From Candidatus Gastranaerophilales bacterium (GTDB taxonomy: Bacteria; Cyanobacteriota; Vampirovibrionia; Gastranaerophilales; Gastranaerophilaceae), in assembly GCA_944323955.1 (NCBI GenBank), contig CALUUK010000001.1, forward strand, positions 312,314 through 376,313: a stretch of DNA of 64,000 bases, read 5' to 3'. The notes beneath the pieces were generated by a model. That model ran no database searches and was not told the origin of the DNA. It saw only the letters and a list, made by a program, of their open reading frames with translations. Of the stretch, positions 56,906 through 64,000 are shown piece by piece. How positions within the stretch are numbered: the stretch's first letter is position 1; each line of letters begins with the position of its first letter. Both the position numbers and the translations under genes were made by a program.

Positions 56906-58146
56906 ATACGATCCAAAACATATTTTATTGCACCGTTGTTTTCAGAGAAAACAAATTTTGCATTATTACAATAGGAAGAATATTTGCCGTTATTTTCATA
57001 GAAAGAAAGAAGTTCCGAATTAAACTCTTCTTGATTATTAACAATTACGGCACAATTTTTCTCGGTTACAATCCTGTAAACATCTTTAAAGTTAAAAATA
57101 CAAGGTCCTGATATAACAGGCTTATTCCATACATTAGCCTCCAAAGGATTGTGTCCGCCGGTTTGAGAAAAACTTCCGCCTATAAAAGCGACATGGCAAA
57201 GTGAAAACAGTTTTGATAACTCGCCCATAGTATCAAGCAGAATAATATCATTTTGCTCAAAATTATCTTTAAATGAGCGTTTACCCCATTTATATCCGCT
57301 GTTATTTAAAAGAGAAATCACTTCATCATATCTTTCGGGATGTCTGGGAACCAAAAGTAATTTTGCATCCGGATGTTTTTGCTTTATGAAATCAAAAGCG
57401 GTCAAAACCATTTCATCTTCGCCTTTGTGCGTACTTGCACCGATAAACAATCTGTAATTTTGAGTTTTCAATTCATCGGAATATTTTTCGATTTCATCGT
57501 TTGAAAGATTAGGTCTAATATCAAATTTTAAATTTCCCATAACTTCAACTTTAGCAGAATCCGCACCGACATCAATTATACGGAGAGAATCATCTTTTGT
57601 CTGCATAAATATTTTTTCATATCTGTTAAGAATTGGAGAAAGAAAAAATTTAAGTTTTTTATACCCGTCATAAGAATGAGGGGAAATTCTTCCGTTTACG
57701 GTATAAACTTTAATCCCTTTTAACTTTGCCAAAGTAACAAAACAAGGCCAGATCTCTGTTTCGGCAACAATTATTTTTTCAGGTTTAAAAATATCAAGAA
57801 AAGATAAGACACTAAAGAAAAAATCATACGGGAAATATGTAACGGCAGCACAACCGGCAAAAACTTTTTTTGCAAGTGTTTGTCCCGTAAGAGTAGTTGT
57901 TGTAACTATTATATCCTCATCATTATGCAATTTTTTATATTGAAATATTAAATCCTTCACTGCATTTACTTCGCCGACAGAAACAGCATGAAATACAGTC
58001 GTTTTGCGTTGTTTTTTGAAAGAATAAAAACCCGACTTATTCCAAAATCCGGCTCTGAATTTCGGTTGAATTATAAATGCAATAAGAATTATAGGTGAAA
58101 GTATTATACACAAAAATATCAGAAAAAAGTTATAAATAAATACCAT
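56902..58146 (-). CDS. waaA: 3-deoxy-D-manno-octulosonic acid (Kdo) transferase
   Basis: FHAVSVGEVNAV, ETEIWPCF, GNLKFDI, LVPRHPERY, DTMGEL, GGHNPLEA align with E. coli WaaA landmarks. The ATG overlaps the secA stop by 1 nt. Confidence 0.85.
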   Translation of the reverse strand: MVFIYNFFLIFLCIILSPIILIAFIIQPKFRAGFWNKSGFYSFKKQRKTTVFHAVSVGEVNAVKDLIFQYKKLHNDEDIIVTTTTLTGQTLAKKVFAGCAAVTYFPYDFFFSVLSFLDIFKPEKIIVAETEIWPCFVTLAKLKGIKVYTVNGRISPHSYDGYKKLKFFLSPILNRYEKIFMQTKDDSLRIIDVGADSAKVEVMGNLKFDIRPNLSNDEIEKYSDELKTQNYRLFIGASTHKGEDEMVLTAFDFIKQKHPDAKLLLVPRHPERYDEVISLLNNSGYKWGKRSFKDNFEQNDIILLDTMGELSKLFSLCHVAFIGGSFSQTGGHNPLEANVWNKPVISGPCIFNFKDVYRIVTEKNCAVIVNNQEEFNSELLSFYENNGKYSSYCNNAKFVFSENNGAIKYVLDRI

Positions 58147-60857
58147 TACTGTTCTTTCTTATATTCATTCATCATTATGGTTTGATCGGAAGAGTCAATA
58201 ATTGCACCTGAAGCATCCTGAGAGACAATCTGCACTCCGAACTTAGTTCTGAAAATATGTTTAACCGTTTCACTTTGTATATCAAACATCATATTGTTAA
58301 ACATATCATATGCTTCTTTTTTATATTCAAGAAGAGGATTTTTTTGCCCGTAAGCCCTTAAACCTATACCGTCGCGAAGCATATCAATATTGTGCAAATG
58401 ATCAATCCATCTGTTATCTACAACTCTGAGCAGCACATCTTTTTCAAGTCCTCTCATTATATTATTAGAAGAAAAAGGCTCTTGCTTTTCAAAATTCAGA
58501 TTATATTGTTCTGAGACCTGATTATAAAAAGAAATTGTGTTTCTCTCATGTTCATTATACGCCTCAAGAGCAAGGTCGCGGATTTTCGCATACACATTTT
58601 CAAATTTAATGCCTTGAATATCTTTCAATTGAACATTAACAAGCTGCGGTATTTCGGAATGTAATTGAGATATTAAAGATTTCAAATCTTCCTGAATATA
58701 TTCATCAGGATTCATTCCCGGAGCTATATAGGTTTTAAGAATTCTGTCAACTTCACGTTCAATCATATAAAGAATATCATCGCGCATATTTGTGCTTTCA
58801 AGGACTCTGTTGCGCTGAGAATAGAATTTTTCACGCTGCAAATTCATTACATCATCATATTCAAGCACATTTTTTCTAATATCGAAGTGATAAGTTTCAA
58901 CCTTTTTCTGATTGCTTGCTATTTGACGGGTAATCAGTGCATTTTCAATTGCAACATCTTCTTCAATATTTAAAGTATTCATAAGTGATATAATCTGCTG
59001 TCCGCCAAAAATTCTCATCAAATCATCTTCAAGAGACAGGAAAAATCTTGTGGAACCTGGATCACCCTGTCTTGCGGCACGACCTCTTAACTGATTATCA
59101 ATACGTCTTGACTCGTGTCTTTCCGTACCTATTACATGTAAACCTCCCGCTTCAACAACTTTTTTATGCTCTTCTTCCGTAACGGAACGCATTTTTTCAA
59201 GAGTGGCATTTTTAATATTTTCATAATCAATGGTATTCTCGGGTGTAATATTTTTCTTTACCAGCTCTTCCTTTGCCATATACTCGGGATTACCGCCAAG
59301 AAGAATATCGGTACCGCGCCCTGCCATATTCGTTGCAATCGTAACAGCACCGTATCTGCCTGCCTGTGCAATTATATATGCTTCTTTTTCATGGTGTTTC
59401 GCGTTCAAAATATTGTGTTTTATACCGCGCTGTTTAAGTATATTAGAAACAAGCTCCGATTTTTCTATACTTATTGTACCGACAAGAACCGGTCTTCCTT
59501 GTTTATGCATTTCAATAATTTCGTTAACAACGGCAAGATACTTCATTTTCTCGGTTTTATAAATAATATCGGGTAAATCCTTTCTGATATCCTGCTTGTT
59601 TGTAGGAATTTGTGTAACTTCAAGATTATATATTTTTCCGAATTCCGCTTCTTCAGTCATTGCAGTACCGGTCATGCCCGACAATTTGGGATACAATCTG
59701 AACAGGTTTTGGAAAGTAATACTTGCAAGTGTCTGTGTTTCATCCTGAATATTAACTGCTTCTTTTGCTTCAACAGCCTGATGAAGTCCGTCAGACCAGC
59801 GTCTTCCTTCCATCAGACGACCGGTAAATTCATCAACAATAACAACTTCACCGTTTTTAATAACATAATCAGTATTCAAGTGAAATAATTCTTTAGCCTT
59901 TAATGCCTGCAGAAGGTGATGGGCATATTGGTTGTTTATGTCAAACAAATCAGATATTTCAAGAATTTCTTGCGCTCTGTCAATACCTTCTTCGGTTAAA
60001 ATTACATTTTTATTTTTTTCATCAACTTCATAATGTTTAATTTTTTCAAGCTGAGGTGCGACCGCAGCCATGGTTCTGTATAATTCGGCTGATTTATCAA
60101 GTCTTCCGCTTATAATTAAAGGAGTTCTTGCTTCATCTATTAAAATACTGTCAACTTCGTCTATAATTGCATAGTTATAAGGACGCTGCACTCTTTGTTC
60201 CACGGACGTTGCCATATTATCTCTTAAATAATCGAAACCGAATTCGTTATTGGTACCGTACGTAATATCACATAAATATGCCTGTCTTTTCTTGTCAAAG
60301 CCGTCGTAATCATTCATTCCGGATAAGATTACACCAACGGAAAGACCGAGAAATTTGAAAATTTTTCCCATCCATTCGCTGTCACGCTGTGCCAGATAGT
60401 CATTAACGGTAACAATATGAACACCTTTTCCCGTCAAAGCATTTAAATATGCGGGAAGAGTTGCAACAAGGGTTTTACCTTCACCTGTTCTCATTTCTGC
60501 TATTTGTCCTTCATGCAGGAAAATTCCGCCTAAAAGCTGAACATCAAAATGACGCATGTTAAGAACTCTTTTACCTGCCTCTCTCACAGTTGCAAATGCT
60601 TCGGGCAAAATCGCATCAAGCGCCTGTTTTTCAAGTTCTCTGTCTTTTTTTATATCATCCGAAACAGGTCTTTTTGAAAGTATTTCCCTGAATTCCAATG
60701 TTTTATTTTTAAGTTCTTCATCAGACAATTTTGCAAACTCAGGTTCGAGTTTATTAATATGCTCCACAACAGGCATCATTTTTTTTATTTTATTATTATT
60801 CGGATCACCCAATAATTTTATAAGAAAATCAATCATTCTCCCTAACTCCGATATCAC
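58146..60857 (-). CDS. secA: Preprotein translocase ATPase SecA
   Basis: MRHFDVQLLGGIFLHEGQIAEMRTGEGKTL, IIDEVDSILIDEARTPLIISG, TNMAGRGTDI, GRAARQGDPGS. Confidence 0.97.
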   Translation of the reverse strand: MISELGRMIDFLIKLLGDPNNNKIKKMMPVVEHINKLEPEFAKLSDEELKNKTLEFREILSKRPVSDDIKKDRELEKQALDAILPEAFATVREAGKRVLNMRHFDVQLLGGIFLHEGQIAEMRTGEGKTLVATLPAYLNALTGKGVHIVTVNDYLAQRDSEWMGKIFKFLGLSVGVILSGMNDYDGFDKKRQAYLCDITYGTNNEFGFDYLRDNMATSVEQRVQRPYNYAIIDEVDSILIDEARTPLIISGRLDKSAELYRTMAAVAPQLEKIKHYEVDEKNKNVILTEEGIDRAQEILEISDLFDINNQYAHHLLQALKAKELFHLNTDYVIKNGEVVIVDEFTGRLMEGRRWSDGLHQAVEAKEAVNIQDETQTLASITFQNLFRLYPKLSGMTGTAMTEEAEFGKIYNLEVTQIPTNKQDIRKDLPDIIYKTEKMKYLAVVNEIIEMHKQGRPVLVGTISIEKSELVSNILKQRGIKHNILNAKHHEKEAYIIAQAGRYGAVTIATNMAGRGTDILLGGNPEYMAKEELVKKNITPENTIDYENIKNATLEKMRSVTEEEHKKVVEAGGLHVIGTERHESRRIDNQLRGRAARQGDPGSTRFFLSLEDDLMRIFGGQQIISLMNTLNIEEDVAIENALITRQIASNQKKVETYHFDIRKNVLEYDDVMNLQREKFYSQRNRVLESTNMRDDILYMIEREVDRILKTYIAPGMNPDEYIQEDLKSLISQLHSEIPQLVNVQLKDIQGIKFENVYAKIRDLALEAYNEHERNTISFYNQVSEQYNLNFEKQEPFSSNNIMRGLEKDVLLRVVDNRWIDHLHNIDMLRDGIGLRAYGQKNPLLEYKKEAYDMFNNMMFDIQSETVKHIFRTKFGVQIVSQDASGAIIDSSDQTIMMNEYKKEQ

Positions 60858-60934
60858 TAATCATAAAAAAATTTTAGCATATAAATATAATTTTTAAATA
60901 ATCGACTGCGGCGGTTAATAAAAGGTTTTATTTT

Positions 60935-60982
60935 GTAAATTTTTTGTTACAATTATAAAAAAAGACGCAAAAAATTGCATTG
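60935..60982 (+). promoter_or_regulatory. Conserved upstream block (copy 1) with a plausible sigma-70-type promoter just downstream
   Basis: gtaaattttttgttacaattataaaaaaagacgcaaaaaattgcattg aligns with 61688-61739. TTGCAT (60975-60980), 18 nt, TAGAAT (60999-61004). Confidence 0.4.
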
Positions 60983-61028
60983 ACGAACTTAATTGATGTA
61001 GAATAAAGTAAGTTGAAAGGTATAAAGC

Positions 61029-61640
61029 ATGAATGTTTCTGCAGTAAATTGTACGCCTATAAAACCTCAATCTTTTGGCAGTGGAGATACTGTCAGAGGT
61101 ATTGATTTTGGCAGCGAAGAAGCGGCAATGGGCGCTCAAAGAGTTTTGGATTTATCAAGAGAATTAAACGATTCATTTAAAAAAGAAGGCAGCGAAGAAA
61201 ACGATAAAAAGAATCCTGTAGCTACTGCTGTTTCAGTTGCAGGTGCTTGTCTTTCTATGTTTGCATTAGGCCGCGTAGCAGGTAAGGGTGCAATGGCATT
61301 AGTTAACAAAATTCCTGCTTCCGCAAAAGAAAATGCTGCAGAATTTGTAAAAAAACAAACATCTAAAATTAAAGTTCCAAAAATAACAATTAAAAATGAA
61401 AAAGCTGCACAATTTGTATCAAATGCATATAAACAGGTTGCTTCATTTGCTGCAAAATGTAAAGCCAATCCGGAAAATGTAGCAGGCGGTATTGCAGCAT
61501 TAACATTAGCTCCTGCCATAATTACAGCTGACGGCAATCAAGACGGTGTAGCAGATATTGCACAAAAAAATATTAATGCATATTCAAGCGCATTAAAATC
61601 TGCTGAAATATTTGCAGATATGTTTGAATCAATAGCATAA
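61029..61640 (+). CDS. Hypothetical membrane protein, paralog A (DxNxDG loop near the C-terminus)
   Basis: 203 aa with hydrophobic segments PVATAVSVAGACLSMFALGRVAG and VAGGIAALTLAPAII, then TADGNQDGVADIAQKNINAY. Alignable end to end with 61781-62407. Confidence 0.6.
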   Translation: MNVSAVNCTPIKPQSFGSGDTVRGIDFGSEEAAMGAQRVLDLSRELNDSFKKEGSEENDKKNPVATAVSVAGACLSMFALGRVAGKGAMALVNKIPASAKENAAEFVKKQTSKIKVPKITIKNEKAAQFVSNAYKQVASFAAKCKANPENVAGGIAALTLAPAIITADGNQDGVADIAQKNINAYSSALKSAEIFADMFESIA

Positions 61641-61656
61641 ATAGTTATTAGATAAT

Positions 61657-61686
61657 AAAAAAGAGACCAAAAGGTCTCTTTTTTAT
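61657..61686 (+). terminator. Rho-independent terminator
   Basis: aagagacc (61661-61668) pairs with ggtctctt (61673-61680), then a T-run. Confidence 0.8.
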
Positions 61687-61687
61687 T

Positions 61688-61739
61688 GTTAATTTTTTGT
61701 AACAATACAGAAAAAACAGGCAAAATTAAATCTTCATTG
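61688..61739 (+). promoter_or_regulatory. Conserved upstream block (copy 2)
   Basis: gttaattttttgtaacaatacagaaaaaacaggcaaaattaaatcttcattg. It sits about the same distance (about 90 nt) from its ATG as copy 1 does. Confidence 0.35.
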
Positions 61740-61780
61740 TTTTATATAAAGCGTAAGTGTCTCTACAAGAAAGGTAAATT

Positions 61781-62407
61781 ATGAATATTTCTGCAAACAA
61801 TTCTATTAACGGTAACGTAAATACTACTTTCGGAAAAGAGTACAAGATTGAAGATGCCGAACACATTGCAAGATTAACTGAAGAATTGAAAGACAGTTTT
61901 ACAAAAGGTAATGAAGGTGAAGAAGTTCAGGATATGAAATCTTTTGCCGGAATATGTGCATCCGCAATAGGAGCAGTCCTTACAACATTTGTTATCGGAA
62001 AATGTGCAGCTTCAAAAGTAATGACAGCATTTCCCGGCTTAACAGCAAAAGCATCAAACTATATACGTAAAAATGCAAATTTTGTAAGAGATTATGCTGA
62101 TGATGTTGCTAACGGCATAAAGTTAAAAAAAGGCGGTAAATATACAAAGGCAGCTGCAGAAGGAATAGGAAAAGCAGAAAAATTTGCCAGAGAGAAATTC
62201 GTTTCACTAAGAGATAAAATGGGAACCGAAGGAATTATTTCAAATATGGCCGGTGCAGCTGCAATTGCTTCTGTAGCCCCTGAAATATTATCAGTTGACG
62301 GAAACAAAGACGGCATCGCTGATATCGCACAAAGAAATGTCAATGCATATAAAAATGCTGCTCAAAACATCGGTATTATATCTGAAGTAGTAAATGCACT
62401 GGCATAA
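61781..62407 (+). CDS. Hypothetical membrane protein, paralog B (DxNxDG loop near the C-terminus)
   Basis: 208 aa with FAGICASAIGAVLTTFVIGKCAA, MAGAAAIASVAPEIL, then SVDGNKDGIADIAQRNVNAY. Confidence 0.6.
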   Translation: MNISANNSINGNVNTTFGKEYKIEDAEHIARLTEELKDSFTKGNEGEEVQDMKSFAGICASAIGAVLTTFVIGKCAASKVMTAFPGLTAKASNYIRKNANFVRDYADDVANGIKLKKGGKYTKAAAEGIGKAEKFAREKFVSLRDKMGTEGIISNMAGAAAIASVAPEILSVDGNKDGIADIAQRNVNAYKNAAQNIGIISEVVNALA

Positions 62408-62422
62408 ACAAAAATCAAAATA

Positions 62423-62459
62423 AAAAAAACGGACTACCAAAAGCAGTCCGTTTTTTTTA
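62423..62459 (+). terminator. Rho-independent terminator
   Basis: acggact (62429-62435) pairs with agtccgt (62445-62451), followed by tttttttt. Confidence 0.8.
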
Positions 62460-62469
62460 TAATTAAATA

Positions 62470-63654
62470 ATGAATGAAATTATTGTAAAATTTGCGAATC
62501 AAAATATCGAAAAAGAACTTGAGTCCATAGGGTTCGATAAATCACATCTTCGTCAGGCTATAAACAAATACCACGGAACTCTTGTTAAAGTAAAAAATTT
62601 AAAAGCACCCGAAGCCAATATACTAAAACAGTTGTGCCTTTCTTTAGGATTTGACTGCGCAGTGCACAGAGAAACAATTACCTGTAAGTGCGATTATACG
62701 GATTGTATTATATTTGCGAATATCGCAGGATATAAAAAGCTGACAGAGAAATTAAAACAGCAGCCATTCAGGCTAAAAGAGCTTTCTTCAAAACTACATA
62801 ATGCACTAAATAACATGCTTGAACCGCTTCACGTCAGAAATACTCTTTTTGACTGGACAAGACCATATGTTATGGGGATTTTGAACGTTACACCCGATTC
62901 TTTTTCGGACGGAGGAAAGTTCAATAATAAAAATGCAGCGGTTAATCATGCCGTTAAAATGATTGAAGAAGGAGCCGATATAATCGATATAGGCGGCGAG
63001 TCAACCAGGCCGAATGCCGCAATTATAACTCCGGAAGAAGAAATTAACCGTATTATCCCTGTAATAAAAGAGATAAGAAAACTCAATCAAAATATTCCGA
63101 TAAGCGTTGACACAAGAAATTATTTAACCGCAAAAGCGGCAATTGAAGAGGGTGCGGACATTGTCAACGATGTTTCGGGACTTGATTATGATAAAAAGCT
63201 GTTTGATTATGTTTGTGAGCTGAATATTCCTACAATTATTATGCACTCAAATAAAGTTCCCGCCGTAAGCGAGAATGCGGTTGACTCGGATATTATTGAA
63301 GAAATTTATAACAGCCTTTATAAAAAAATAGGAAAAATGATAATATCAGGCCACAGAAAAGGAAGTATCATTGCTGACACAGGCATAGGATTCGGGAAAT
63401 CAAAAGACGGATGTTTTGATATTTTAAGCAGGCATGAAGAATTTTGTGCATTGGGAGTCCCTTTACTTTTAGGGATTTCAAGAAAATCCTTCATAAGAAA
63501 AGAATTTAATATAACTTGCGAAGAGGCGGATATTCCGACTGCATTATATTCCGCTATGCTAAGTTCACAAGGAGTAAATATTCACAGAGTTCACAATGTA
63601 AAACTCACAAAACAATATCTTGATTTTGCGGCCAAAATAAACTTTTCCCAATAA
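62470..63654 (+). CDS. folP: Dihydropteroate synthase with an N-terminal extra domain of about 125 aa
   Basis: YVMGILNVTPDSFSDGGKF, DIIDIGGESTRP, SVDT, VNDVSG, DTGIGFGK, SRKSF. Confidence 0.9.
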   Translation: MNEIIVKFANQNIEKELESIGFDKSHLRQAINKYHGTLVKVKNLKAPEANILKQLCLSLGFDCAVHRETITCKCDYTDCIIFANIAGYKKLTEKLKQQPFRLKELSSKLHNALNNMLEPLHVRNTLFDWTRPYVMGILNVTPDSFSDGGKFNNKNAAVNHAVKMIEEGADIIDIGGESTRPNAAIITPEEEINRIIPVIKEIRKLNQNIPISVDTRNYLTAKAAIEEGADIVNDVSGLDYDKKLFDYVCELNIPTIIMHSNKVPAVSENAVDSDIIEEIYNSLYKKIGKMIISGHRKGSIIADTGIGFGKSKDGCFDILSRHEEFCALGVPLLLGISRKSFIRKEFNITCEEADIPTALYSAMLSSQGVNIHRVHNVKLTKQYLDFAAKINFSQ

Positions 63655-63657
63655 ATG

Positions 63658-64000
63658 TCACTTTTTTAATTTATTAAAAATTTCTGAAAAAGAATCAATT
63701 GGTTTAAAATAAAATCCACAATTTTCGTGCATAACACCATGCATTTTTAAAATAATCTCAGAAGGATACCGCCTGCATATACCCGGACGAAATTTATGTA
63801 TAGTGCAAATATGTTTTTCCTTATCAAACTTATTACATTTAAAAACAAGCCCATTTTCGTCTTTGTCAACTATTTCAAGGTAAGTATAAAAAGGATGAAG
63901 TTTTTTTAGTTTTTCAAATTCTTGTTCATCTCTTATCATCCCTTTTTGATGATTTACATATATTCTGCTGCAGCAGGCTCCGCACCTTATGCATTTGCCG
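63658..64000 (-). CDS. YkgJ-family (CxxCxxCC) zinc/iron-chelating cysteine-cluster protein, partial (N-terminus off the window end)
   Basis: The frame stays open upstream of the track Met. 63940-63999 encodes GKCIRCGACCSRIYVNHQKG (CxxCGxCC), and CTIHKFRPGICRRYP lies downstream. Confidence 0.65.
   Translation of the reverse strand, partial: GKCIRCGACCSRIYVNHQKGMIRDEQEFEKLKKLHPFYTYLEIVDKDENGLVFKCNKFDKEKHICTIHKFRPGICRRYPSEIILKMHGVMHENCGFYFKPIDSFSEIFNKLKK

Noticed and set aside
1-64000. CRISPR arrays, IS elements or transposases, prophage genes, rRNA operons, and alternative genetic code usage.
   Set aside because: No regularly spaced direct repeats, no transposase-, integrase- or phage-like ORFs and no rRNA-like sequence were seen. 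Long conserved genes (secA, glmS, pgk, pcrA) read through cleanly with the standard code.

Overview
This is a strongly AT-rich, gene-dense bacterial chromosomal window with about 55 protein genes, 2 tRNAs and 1 tmRNA. I found no rRNA, CRISPR array, transposase or integrase. Most of it is housekeeping: pcrA (partial), a NarL-type response regulator, ispD, ktrBA, glmS, pgk, serB, ribF, ribH, secA, folP, a MATE pump, a SulP transporter and a CNNM/CorC transporter. The glycogen genes are a GH57 branching enzyme, a GT35 phosphorylase-like protein and a GH13 enzyme. Envelope and LPS genes (waaA, an LptD/OstA-like outer-membrane protein, an M23 peptidase, a GT4 glycosyltransferase) indicate a diderm cell. 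The lineage cannot be assigned without a database search; a Melainabacteria-like gut organism is only a guess. The standout is a 12.2 kb minus-strand block (41067-53279). It holds seven consecutive full-length paralogous radical SAM genes with a cobalamin-binding-type domain (class B architecture, 513-527 aa each). An eighth, unrelated radical SAM gene leads them, and the block sits only 9 nt downstream of ribF-ribH. No precursor peptide, transporter, protease or regulator is visible inside it. Secondary oddities: a regulator made of four tandem GntR-type wHTH domains followed by a 55-aa ORF that the track missed; a GT35 phosphorylase homolog that lacks the PLP-binding lysine; a Pgk with a roughly 70-aa low-complexity N-terminal extension whose SFSG-type motif recurs at the N-termini of several hypothetical proteins; a tandemly duplicated membrane-protein gene pair with duplicated promoters; a 920-aa acidic coiled-coil protein; and a tandem secreted VWA pair. 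All calls rest on reading the ORF translations and the DNA by eye. No searches were run.
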